Shown here: positions 23,801 through 35,700 of the stretch, in pieces
Layout of the letters: the number at the start of each line of letters is the position of its first letter
Position numbering within the stretch: the stretch's first letter is position 1
From: Lama guanicoe
Taxonomy: Eukaryota
Direction: 5' to 3'
Length of the DNA: 64,000 nucleotides
Assembly (NCBI GenBank): GCA_013239625.1
Contig: MU053881.1
Coordinates: 15,988,373 to 16,052,372 of the forward strand
Notes under the pieces: model-generated
The model's input: only the letters and a program-made list of their open reading frames with translations
The model's database searches: none
What the model was told of the DNA's origin: nothing
Made by a program: the position numbers and the translations under genes

Positions 23801-26334
23801 AATACAGAACATGAACTAGAGGGCCAGCATCAAATGTCCTGAAGACCCTTAGTGACTGAAAGCCCCCTTCCCCACGGGGCTCGAGCCATCCTCCTCTCAT
23901 GAAAGAGCCATGGGTGTCCCTGTCCCCGTCTTCCCAACACATTGTTTTCTTTGTAACTCACTGGGATCATATTATATCGAAGTTCTGGGCTGCAATGAGC
24001 CTTTAAGATTCAGGTTAAAGGGGCAGAAGCAGTGATTGCGACTTCTCAGTCACATATGGCCATTTATTGTGCACCGATTGTGTACTTGGCCCTTCCTGAA
24101 CTATTCCCTGTGTGGATGCACTGTTGATCTCTGGAATCCAAATCAGCAATTTTTGCTTCTGTACTCTATCTTCCCAGTGACCCTGTGGGATGGGGGTTCA
24201 GGCTTCCCATTTTACAGATGAAGAAACAGGCTTAGAAGGGTGACTGGCTCAAGCCTGACGTGGTAGAACTGGGATCGGGATCTGAGCTGGGCGAGCCAGG
24301 CCCCCCACCCGCCACTGCTGCTCCTGGAGCCCTCTGCATGGAAGGATACTGAAGGTGGAGCAGGAAGCCGTCTCCAGGTCGTAGAGGCAGCTGCAAAGCT
24401 CTCGGGGGTCAGAGGTCAGGCCGGACAGCTGCCAGGAAGCACGAGACTCAGCGAGGGGTGCCCTTGATCCCCAGGGGACCCCAGGGAACCCGGCCGTGCC
24501 CCAGCCTCACCCAGGCGGTGTCATCGTTCACCACCACCAGCGCGAACTCATGGCTCTTGTCGATCTTGTGTTTTGTCCGCACGAACATCTCGATCATTTT
24601 CTGGGAGACGTTGAGGGCATTGGTTTTGGAGCTGGGGGTGGCCAGAGAGTGAGGGGGTGCTTAAGCCCCAGGTAATGCAGCAGGAGGGTGGCAGAGCCCT
24701 GGTGCGAACCCATCCCAGCTGACCCTCTCCTCATGGGTCCCTGGGGCCAGCCTGGGTCTCACATCTGATCCTTGGGAGAACCCCCACCTTGGCTCAGCCA
24801 TGGGTCATCAGGAGTGCCAAGGAGGGGAAGGGGGGCTCATCCTTGGCATCTCCCAGAGCTCCTTAGGCTCCTTCCAGGCCCTGCTGCCTGACCCCAAAGA
24901 GACCTAGCTGCTCAGGGCAAGGGCTTTGGGGTCAGCCAGGCCTTGGTCTGAGTTTGGCTCTGCCCACTGGCTGTGAGGCCTGGGCCCAGTCACTTTGTTT
25001 CTCAGATTTTTCAAGTCATTGCTGTGATACACAGCATGTGACAGCTCTTGGAACAGAGCCCCAGTGGGCCACAGCCGTATCATTACCAGTTCTCACTGCT
25101 ACTTGCCAACATCGCCAGGCCCCAGAGCAGGCCATTCAGTGTCTCAGAGAGAGAGCCCTGAGTTTTGGGGGCTGGGCCTCTCCCAGCCATGGCTGCACAT
25201 TCAAGTACCCAGAGGCCCTCTCACCCATTGAATGACTCCAGCTTTGACAGCGACATTTCCTCCGACAGGTCCAGGCAGATGATCTGTTATGAAGTTGGAG
25301 TGTGGTGAGGGCTGTGGCCAGCAGCACCTGGAGACTGGACATTAACACTGGCCCCCACACCATCCTGCTGGCCCTCTCCAGGCAGCCCCATCTGAAAAGG
25401 CTGTATGATGACCTCCAATCCCCAACCAAGCCATCCACTTTGGAAGGAGGTAGCTCAGGGAACAGAGCACTCGACTAGGAATCCTAGTTGATGAGTGAAT
25501 AAATAACCCAGAGAACATTTAACACACAAAGAGGAAAACAGAGTGGGTTGAACCATGGCCCTCCAAAAGATAGATCTACCAAAAGCATCAGAATGTGAAT
25601 TTACTTGGAATTAAGATCTTTGCGGATGCAACCAAGGGAAAGATCTTGATATAAGTCATGCTGATCTAGTGAGAAGTGTCCTTATAAAAGAAAAGAGGAG
25701 ACTTGGAGACATAAAGGGGAAGGCTAGGTGCAGAGACAGAGATGGCAGTGATGCGGCCACAAGCCAAGGAACAACTGGAGTCCCCAGAAGCTGCCAGAGA
25801 CAAGGAAGGCTCCTCCCCTGGTGCCTCCAGAGGGAAATGACACCTTGATTTTAGACTTCTGGCCTCTAGAACTGTGAGAGAATACATTTCTGTTGTTTTA
25901 AGTCACTTAATTTGCAGTCATATTTCGTGACAGCCTTAAGAGTCTAACACAAAAGGACTGTTTATAAGTGAATCCTGAAAGACGAGAATGCTTAACCCAA
26001 GGTTCCCTAATGCCTCAAGGCCACAGACCAAGCCATCACTTACCACTTTCTCTGGACAGTTGACCCTTGGTGTCCGCACTTGGACCTCTGGGGCTGGCTG
26101 AGGCACCTGCCATGGCTTGGGGCCAGCTCCGGGAGGGTTGGGGGTCCCGTCCTCAGCACTGGCAGCCTCACCCTCACCCTCGCTGCGGCTGCCCACACTG
26201 GCCTGGGCCCCCACCGCCCGGTCCTCAGCCCCCTCAGGGTTGGAGCGGGTGCGGGGCCTGGGCTCCGTTGACTGTTCCTCTTCCTCCTCTTCCTCCTCCT
26301 CCTCTGTGGGACTGCTGGGCTCTGCCACCTCCAT
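20866..26334 (-). CDS. BABAM1: BRISC and BRCA1-A complex member 1 (MERIT40/NBA1), 8 coding exons, 331 aa
   Basis: Exons 26334-26044, 25283-25225, 24631-24511, 24428-24350, 23626-23602, 22204-22075, 21878-21792, 21069-20866. MEVAEPSSPTEEEE...RSNPEGAE...RSEGEGE (tankyrase-binding motifs), VWA-like IICLDLSEEM..., ends EVEATV*. AATAAA (minus) at 20605-20600. Confidence 0.97.
22600..23000 (+). mobile_element. Old LINE-1 (L1M) ORF2/3' fragment
   Basis: ACAAAGGGCTAATACCCTTAATATGTAAAAAGC...AGAAAAATAGGTAAAGGGGACGAATAGACAAATTAC...ATGGCTTTAAAATGAATGAAAAGA resembles the end of L1 ORF2. Confidence 0.6.
23044..23353 (-). mobile_element. MER58B-like DNA transposon
   Basis: GAAATTCAAATTTGTGTCTGTGAATAAAGTTTTATTGG...ACAGAGACCACGTGGCCAACAAAGCCAAAAATATTTATTGTCTGGCCCTTTAAAGAAAAAGTTTGC. 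Confidence 0.7.
23351..23383. repeat. Compound trinucleotide repeat (GCT)6(GCC)5
   Basis: Read directly from the sequence. Confidence 0.9.
25541..25951 (+). mobile_element. MaLR solo LTR (MLT1B/C-like)
   Basis: GTGATGCGGCCACAAGCCAAGGAAC...CCAGAAGCTG...GACACCTTGATTTTAGACTTCTGGCCTCTAGAACTGTGAGAGAATACATTTCTGTTGTTTTAAG...CTAACACA. Confidence 0.8.
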
Positions 26335-27278
26335 GGCTCCTGAGTGGCAGGATGCAGCAGGAACGGAGGAAGCCAGGATCTTTTCCTTAGGGGTTTTAAA
26401 AGCATTTGGTTATTGGGCAGAACAGGCATGAGCCTCTTACTGACTGTAAGAGTTGCTCCTCTCAGGAACTCAGTTTCTTCATCTGTAGAATAGGTGCCTT
26501 TTACACTTATCAGCCCAGCATCCACTCTGACTTAAGGTAACAGTCTCCCATTTTTTCTGTAGGGCTAACTCTACTCCTCCCCCTCTTAGCTAGTGAGCAC
26601 ATCTGGCCACTGTGAATGGCTCAGAGATGGGGACATGACTCAACACAGGCCAGTGAGGGGTAGCTCTGGGACTTCGAATAGTTCTGTTAGAGAAGAGGGA
26701 CTCGTTAGAATCGCAGAGCTGGGAGGTTACAAGTCGAGAGCTACTAGGAGCCTCTTTGCCTCCAAGAGGGGAAAGAGAGCCTGCCTGAAGTGATGCTCCC
26801 CCAGAAAACAGCAGATAAGACGTCAGAGCCCCTGGATCCAGCTATGCCTAACTTCCCTTTCCTACTGAAGCCAGACTGAGTTGGGTTTTCTGTTACCTGA
26901 AACTGAAAATGTCTTGGTAAAGAGAGGAATAATAACTTCTAGGATTCTCCCCAGTGGGCTCTGGCTGCCGAGTGGGTGTCTGCACAAGGGAGGGGAGCAG
27001 ATCTGAGTGTTCTAAGTTCCTTTGAGAAAGACCAGGACGCCAGTGGAACAGTTCGCCTATCTGGGGCTGTCGGGGGTGGTCTCTGAGCGCCTTGCATCCC
27101 CCATAACCTCCAAGGAAAACAAGGCTTAGCTGTAGCAAGAGGGATGGAGGCTAGACTGCAGGAGAAACCAGAGCTGAAGGCGGAAACCCTAGGGCAAGCG
27201 AGGGACTGAATTTCTAGGGTAAGGGAAGCTGGGCCTCTAGGAACGGATCCCGCGCGCTCTCACCACCCAACTGCTCAC

Positions 27279-27790
27279 CGTAGACTGAGCCTCCCTCCAA
27301 CTCGGCTGCCGAACCCCTAGGAAGCCGCCATCTTTAGCAGCCGGAAGTGGTGCGGCGCGGCCGCCACGCCCCCTGGGAAATGCAGTCCGACAGGCCGTAA
27401 GAGATGAATGGGACGAGGCTGGAGAGCCTTGGAAACTGATAGGCTGGGACCGTGCTAGAAGGCGGGGTTTGGAGTGTGTCAGAACTGGAGTGGAGTTAAG
27501 TGGGGCGGGATCTGGAATGTGATTGGCTAAAGTGAGATTAAGGCATAGCTTTTCTGTTTCAGGCCGATTCACACTGCGCTGGTCATCGCTTCTGCCGTCT
27601 TAGGCTGGAGAAAGGTTGAGTGGAGTGAGGCTTTTAATGGAATAGGCTCAGAAGGATGGAGAAGGCCTAGTCTGCCTTGTGATGGCCGGAGTGGGACTGA
27701 GTTGGGCGGGATTTAGAAGAGGCGGGGCTGATTGGTGATTGGTAGAGTCGACCAGGTTCCAAGGCCCGCCCAGCTATTTAATTCTGCTCC
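27279..27790 (-). promoter_or_regulatory. BABAM1: BABAM1 non-coding exon 1 (donor after 27279) and promoter, divergent from USHBP1
   Basis: Minus-strand donor ACG|GTGAGC at 27279/27278; YY1 motif GCCGCCATCTT (27324-27334); ETS CCGGAAGT at 27341; ZNF143-like CTGGGAAATGCAGTCC at ~27373; several GC and CCAAT boxes at 27460-27745. Confidence 0.7.
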
Positions 27791-29780
27791 TTCTTTTACA
27801 TATATTTGCAAAAATTTAAAAATACTAAACCAGAACTCTTTCAAACCACCCTTGTTTCTTCATGCACACGTCTCCTTTCAGCCCCATAACCATTTAAAAA
27901 CTGAACCTCAGCTTCTTTATTTGTGAAAGAGTCAGTTAAGCCTGCCCACATCAGGCAGGCTCAGGTTCGGTGACGGCCTGGAGGAGTTGTGTAAAATGAG
28001 CCTGGAAGGATGGAGAATTTGCTAGAAAAAACGAGAGGGGGAAGCTCATTCCTGGCAGAAGGAACCACTGGGCAAAGTTCTGGAGGCTTTGAAGAGCTTT
28101 GGAGTGGTGGAGCCTCTCACAGGTTAACATGGCTGGAGCACAAGCTAAGAGAATTTCCATGCCTCTGGGTACCTCCAAGTCAGAGAATTGCAATTTCTCT
28201 CTCTACTACCTCTGCGGACATAGAAGCGAGACGATATGGCTTCATAGGGTCTGTCAGTGGGACCAGAAATATTCACGCCGGGCTCTACACGGTTTAAGCC
28301 AAGTGCAAAAGGAAGGAAAGGGTGTTTTGGGCAGAGGTTACAGCATGGCCAAAGGCCCCAGGGTGTGAGAGAAATCAGAACCTTCAGCTGTTCATGGAGG
28401 AAGTCATTGTGACTAGAGCATGGAGTACACATTGGTGCCAGCAGCAGGCATCATTTTTTTTTAACGACCTTGAATGCCAGGTTAAAGAGCTTAAAATGTT
28501 TCCCAAGGGCAATGGGGAGCCATGCAGGGTGTATGAGCAGGGGAGGTGAACAATGAGATCTCTGCCTCTGAGGTCTGGGTGGGGCAGGGAGTGGAAGGGT
28601 GGCTGGGGAGCCCAGAGAGAGAGCTGGGCTGGCATCCAGGTAGTGGGGAGAGGCTTGGGCTGGAACTATCAATAAAGACAAGGAGGAGGCCCCTTAGAGG
28701 TGGATGCAGGAAAAATGAGCAGGATGTAGGGACCATCTGGGCTCTGAGGGATCCAGCATTGATGGAGGAGAAACAGCAGCTGGCAGAGGAAGCAGAGATG
28801 GGGCAGTCAGAGAGGTCATAGGGAACAAGAAGGGTGCATTATGATTCAGTTCCCGGATTGGTGCCGGGCATGTGCAAATTGCTTTTTTAAACTCCATGAC
28901 CCTGTAGGAAGATAAGAAAATTGAGGCTCATCATAGACCATCACTTGCTCAAGGTTACCAATCCCAAATCTATCTGTGACTGAAACAGAATGAGAACTCT
29001 GACCCTGACACTGAAGGTATGAGCAGAGAAAAGAAGTTCACAAGGGGGCCAGATGAAGAGCATCGGCCCAGGGGAACATTCTGGCTTCTGAGAAATAAAA
29101 TCCAAGGGTCAGAGTTGGAGGAGCCATGGGGTTGCTTGGAAGCAGAGGTGAGAGGGACTGACATCTCAAAAGTTGGACATGTGTCCTCCTGCTGGGGCTG
29201 GAGGAAGCCGCTGTCCTTGAAGAGGAAACTGCATGCACAATAACAAGTCACATGGCCAGGGGAGGGGGCTTCCTGTTTCCCGGTCCCTCCCAGGCTGGCC
29301 TTGGGCAGCCCAAGGCCTGAGCGGGCAGTGGCCAGAGTGACCCCAAGAGTGTCCAGGGACTCGTTCCTCTGACCAAGATGCCCCCAGAAGAACAGAGCAG
29401 TTGAATGGGCTGAGGGGACCAAACCCCAGGATTGGGTACTCTGGCTCAGGAGAGCCCTGGGGAGGAGAGGGGACTGTTAAAGTCTTGGTCCCAAGCCCAG
29501 ATAGGGGAGAGAGGGGAGCAAAGAGGTAGTGAAAAATAAAGGAGGCAGAGGAGAGGGAAGAGGTCAGGGCAACCTTGAGAGGTAGTGAGCTGCCTGTCAA
29601 GGGAGGCATTCAAATGTGCCAAATCCACATTGATAATTCCGGATCCTTTTGGAGAAGGGAAATCAATGCCCATTTCACAGAAGAGGAAATTGAGGCTGTA
29701 ATTTACTTTAAGCTGAGATCAGGCTGTGGTTTTGGTGGGTGAGGAAGGAGAAGGAGTCAGAGGACACCGATTTCTGGATA

Positions 29781-32700
29781 ATGAGTGCCAGGGCCACACG
29801 GCCCAGAAGCCGGCGAGGGAGGCACGCTCTGCCCGTAAGTGTCCCCTCTCCTTGCCACATCTAGCTCTGAGAGACCCCAGGACCCAGACCTGCCTGGCTC
29901 AGAGCTCAGTCCTACGGATTATTTGCAGGGTGAGCTGGACCCTGTGGCAGAGAGTTCAGAGGAGGCTGAGGCAGCCAACAGGAGCTCTGAGCTGGGCCCG
30001 GTGCCATCTCAGGATAGCTGCAAGCCAGAGTTGCTGGGCCCTGAGGCAGAGGCCAAAGGGCAGAGCCTGGAGAGCAGGTAAGGTCTGATTGGTCCGTTTC
30101 CCCCACTACGGACCGGGCACATCTTTCCGACCTATAGATATTCTATGACCATTCCATGGGTCCCACTGCCCTAAACCTGACTTTTAAGACCCTGCATAAT
30201 GCAGTCCTATCCTCATTACAAAGCCCCTGGCTGCCAGCCACCCCTAGATGACCCCATTTCCAGAACTTTCCGTCTCTCACCTCTTCACAGGACTGACAAA
30301 GAAGTTGATGGGGACTCTAGCAGGGGACCAGCCGTAGCCCCCGAGGGGCCCCATGAGCCTGTTGAGGAAGCCCACCAGGCCCCAGGGGCAGCCCCACGAG
30401 ATGGGGAGACTCTCCTCTCTGGATTTGGAGCCCCCGATGTGTTTCAGACTCTCCAGCAGGCTCTGAGCTCCCTGGAGGCAGCCGCTGCTGCCTGGCGCCG
30501 CCAGCCCCCAAGCTGTCCTGGGCCAACGGAGGCAAAGGACAGAAGCGAGGGGGAACCGAGGCCCTGCTTGGAGCAGGAGGGGGCTGGGGGTTGCCAGCGG
30601 GAGGCAGCCCGGTTGGCTGAAAGGAATGCCTGGCTGCGTCTGGCCCTGGGCAGCCGGGAGGACGAGCTGAACCGCACACAGTCTTCACTGAAGGTCATTC
30701 AGGCTGAGAAGAAGATGCTGCAGAGAGAGGTGAGTGGCGCAGGCCTGCCTCCCAGGGATCCCTGAGTGAGGAAGGAGGCAGGCCTGGCATAGGACACATT
30801 CAATCATTTGTTCATTTGTAAAACTTTATGGAGCCTTGGCTGCTAAACCCCAAACGAAGGTTCCTTGCAGCCTTAGTTAAAGTGATCAGGGAGGCCCACT
30901 TGAATGAAGACCACAGAAGGCAAGGGAGGAGCCATGCAAGGATCCGCAGGAAGAAAGTTCCAGGGAAAGGGAACAGCATGTGCAATGAATCTGAGGTTCA
31001 AGTGTGATTGGTGTGTTAAGAGAAGAGTGGGGAGGCCAGTGTGGAGCTGAGTGGGAGGAGACATGGTTATGGAGGTGACAGGGCCTTGTGGCCGCAGGGA
31101 GGATTTGAGCTTTTGCTCTGAGTGAAGTGGGAGCCACAGAGGGTTCTGAGCAAGCAAGGGTACAGACTTGATGCAAGCGCCCTCTGGTGGCTATGACAGG
31201 AACAGCTAGTGGAGGAAGAGGGTGGAGGCACTGGTCCAGAGATGCAGTAGTGAAAGCTGTGGAGATAGAGAGAAGTGGGCAGATTCTGGGTGATGTTGAA
31301 GGAAGAGCTGGCAGGTATGGGTGTGAAAACTAGAGAGGGGCTGAAGATGAGTTGGGAACCTGGGAGACCGGGAGCGAGACATCGGGAAGCTGCAGGAGGG
31401 GCATGTTTGGTGAAGGGGAAACCAGAGCTCTTTGGACCCTGATGAGCTCGAAATGCCCTGAGCCATCCACATTGGGGCCACTAAAGAGACAGTTCTATGT
31501 CCGAGTCCAGAGCTCAGGGATGTCAGGGTGAGAAGGATACAAGTGGTGAGACTTGGGGCTATAGGAGCCCAGCACAAGGATTAGGGCCCATTTCCTGGCC
31601 GGGAAAGATTAAGTCTTTTTTTTTTTTAAAACACATCCCATACCCCATGCCTCTGGCAACCACCAATCTGTTCCCTGTATCTGTGGGTTCAATTTTTAAA
31701 TTTTGTTTTATTTTAGACTCTATATATAAGTGATATTATATAGTATTTGTCTTTATCTGGCTGATTTATTTCACTTAGCATAGTGCCTTCAGGGACCATC
31801 TATGTTGTCACAAATAGCAAGATCCCTTATTTGTTATGGCTGAATAATATTTCATTATATATATATCCATTCATGAATATATACATATATTTATATATAT
31901 GGATGGATCCACCAATCCATCAATGGAGACTTGGTTGCTTCCATGTCTTGGCTATTGTAAATACTGTTGCAATGAACGTGGTGGTGCAGAAGTCTTTTCA
32001 AGTTAGTGTTTTGGTTTCCTTCAGATAAATGGAATCTTTGGGATTCCCTGATGAAGCTGGAGCCCTTTCCTGCTCCCTCCTGTGACCAGGCACACTGCTC
32101 AGGCAGTGGTTCCAGAAATGGAATTGCTGGATCTTATGGTAGTTCTCTTTCTCATTTTTTGAGGAACCACGATACTGTTTTCTGTAGTGTCTGCACCCAT
32201 TTACAATCCCACCAACAGTGCACGAGGGTTCACTTTTCTCCACACCCTCAATAACACTTGTTACCTCTTGTCTTTTGGATGCTGACCATTCTAAGTGATG
32301 TAAGGTGGTATCTCATTGTGGTTTTGAGTTGTGTTTCCCTAATGATTAGTGATGTTGAGCATCTTTTCATGTACCTGTTGGCCATCTGTATGTTTAAGGA
32401 AAGAGAAATCTCTGAGTGGCTGAGTGACTTGCCCAAGGTTGTATGGTGAGGGATTTGGCAGGATGCGTATCTCAGGGTCCTGCCTTCAAGCTGGGGCTCT
32501 TGCCACTGCCCCAGGATAAGTGTTAGGGAAAGATGGTTGGAGCCCCTAGACCCCACATTCCCCCACAGGTCCAGGAGCTTCAGGATTCCCTGATGAGGCT
32601 GGAGCCCTTCCCTTCTCCCTCCTGTGACCAAGCACGAGGCTCAGGCAGTGGTTCCAGCAGCTCTGGGGTAGACGGAGAGACCTGGGGCACTCAGGTGAGT

Positions 32701-35700
32701 GTGGAAAGCTAAAAATTCTGATCTTAAGATCCTTAGGGTTTGGGGAAGTAAGACTCAAATCACTGATCATGTGTTCCAATAGCTTCTGGGTCAGAAAAGG
32801 CCTAAACCCATGATGCTGGGCTTTCAGTGACAATCTGGGTGAATCAGTTCGCCTCCTTCTGGCAGGATCCCTTCTCCCTGGCTCACCCCCTACTCCGGCG
32901 CCTCCAGAGTGATTCCAGCACCCAGATACTCGGACCTCTCCCCACCCAGCCCCTTGCTCCTGAGATGCACATCATAGAAACCCAGATGGGGCAGCTCCGA
33001 GGGTAAGAGCCACAAATGCTGAGCTCATAAGGGCACTGGTGCCTCCCAGCTGGGATAGAAAGGCAGGAGTCTGGAGCTGGAGTGGGTTGGGGGTGGGGGA
33101 GGGTGGAAATCAATTGAGTCCTAACTGCCCTTCAAGGCCTCTCACATTTCCTCTTTCCCACCTCCGGAGGCAGGAACATTGAGAAGCTCAAATGCTTCAA
33201 CCGTCTGCTGTCGGCTGTGCTCCAGGAATACAAGGGCCGATGTGAGGGCCTTAGCATGCAGCTGGGCCAGCGGGAGGCTGAGGCCACTGCTCTGCGTCTG
33301 GCCTTGCAGTATAGGTCAGTGCATTTCGCCCATGATAATATCACTGACTGGGAAGCATCCTCAGAGGATGGCCCCAATCTGCAGAGGGAGACAGCGCCCT
33401 TGCAGGAAAGTGCTTTCCCTCACCATGGAAACTGACTTAAAGCAATTTTAGTCCAAAAGCACTGAAGGAGTTTACAAACACCCTGTGGTGGAGGTGAGGG
33501 GAGAAGAGAGGGGCCCTGGAACAAGTGGGGATGTCACCTCCCCAGCAAGATGGGTGTCCTGGAGTGCTCAGAACTGCTGTCCCACAGTGAACACTGTGAG
33601 GAGGCATATGGGGCCCTCCTCACTCTTCGGGAGGCAGACTCAAGAGCAGGAGAAGAAGCCTTCATGGGTGACTTGGAGGTGGCTGAGAAGGAAGCTCAGA
33701 GGCTGCTAGTGCAAGAGAAGGCTGCCATGGACGGAGGGACACTGCAGGATCCACATCCAAGGTACCCCTGGGAACCGGGAGGGCCAGTGAGTAGGGCTCT
33801 GATTGGAGATTGGGCTCTCAGAACTGGTCCCATGTTAGGGGTTGGCATGGCTCCTGTAGTTGGCATGAGGCCTGCTGGAGTTGGCTGGTTGCTACTCAAC
33901 AAAATCGGCACGGTGGTGACAGCCACTGGGCTTGGTGTAAGACCAGCAGGGTTGGCATGAAGATGGACAATGGTGCCCACTGATTAAGGGGGTTGGCATG
34001 ATGCTGCCTAACAGTTTTGGCAAGTTGAGTGATGGTGCCCATTGGGTTGGCGTGACGGCACCCACCATGATGGCATAAGTGACGGTGTGCATTGGCGTTA
34101 TTCATCACTGTTGGATGATGTTGCCCATTAGGGTTTACATTATGGTGCCCCCATGTTATTTTGACTGTGCCCACCATAGATGGCATAGGAAGGATGCATC
34201 ATGGTCAATAAGACAGAAGAGGATGGAGCCCACCAGGTCTGGCATGGAGGTAGCACAACCAGGCCTGCCCGTGTTGACATAGGCCCCTCTTCTGTTTCCC
34301 ATAGCCCCGAGGGCAGCAGCGTGGATAGGCCCACACCACAGGAGGTAGCTGCCCAGCTCCAGGGCTATGTCCAGCGTCTCCAGGAGCGCCGTGCTCTAGT
34401 GAAGATTCCCCCAGAGCCTGGTCCCCCATTGGCACCTATATCCACTGTGCCCCACGCGGAAACCATGGTGCAGGCCATTCTGGGGACCCAGCCTGGCCCA
34501 GCCCTGCCCCGGCTGGAGAAGATGCAGATCCAGCAGGACCTGGCGGCCACACGGGTACACATGGGCTGTGGTCAATGTGTCAGTCTTTCCTGGTGGGACC
34601 AAGCCGTTTGTTGAGTCTGAGAGAGATGTGATTCCAGGACCAAGTGTAAGGGAGAGTTTTGCTTGTCTGCGGGCAAGCTTCCTGAAGGGAGGCAAATGGG
34701 AGCTGGGGTTCTGAGGGATGAATAGGAATTTGTCCTCTGGAATTCAGTTTCTTGTAAGACTCCAAATCTGGCTTTCCAAAATGCCTCTCCTATGGAAAAG
34801 AGATAGGCGCAGGCCATAATCTAGGGTATGTAGCCTGGCGTGAAAGAGCTGAGGTTCTGAATTTGGAGAAACTCCAGACACTCCCCCTGAGCTGCTACTT
34901 GACCTTGTCTAAGATACTTGCTCTCTCTGAACTGCCATTTCTACAGTTGTTGTTTTTATGAGAGAATATTTCCCATCAATCTAGATCATAGTGAGGGTTT
35001 GCATTCTTGCCTGACCAGCCCTCCGGGGGTGCTTCCTAGAGCCTCAGTTTCCCCAGCAGTTGACCCGAGAGGCACAAATTCTCTGCCCGCTCCTTGATCT
35101 CTCAGGAGACCCTGGCAGACCTGATGCTGCGGCTACAGCTGGTGCGGCGAGAAAAGCGGGCTCTGGAGCTGCGGGAGGCTGCCCTCCGAGCCCAGGGTCC
35201 AGCCCATGTGCTCCTGCTGGAGCAGCTGCAGTGGGAGAAGGCACAGCTCCTGACTGGTGGGGCCAGCAGTGGCGGAGACAGCAGTGGAGGTGGGAGCAGT
35301 GGGGACGAGGAGGAGTGGTCCCAGGTGAGTGGCTCTGCCTGGATCTGGTAGGGATAGCAGTATACTACTGGTGATGTGGTCCTGGTTAATCATAGCCTCC
35401 CTGGAGCCTCAGTTTCCATTTTTTTGCACAAAAAAACAGAGTTGAATGTTTAAGTTGCTTGTCAGAGTTCACGCCTGTACTTTGGGCTTTTCTTCCTTGA
35501 GGGGATTGAGCCCAGTAAGTCCCAAGGGATTTCATGTCTTCCACTCAAACCTGTGCCTCCTTCTTCCCACCCCCAGGCTTATTCATACTCCCCTCTCTCC
35601 CTTCAACAGCATTCATCCACACTTCATCTCTTCCCAAATTTTGACTCCAGCTTCCTCCCTGAGGCTCTCCTTTTTGCCACTTAGTGTCTAATAGTATCTA

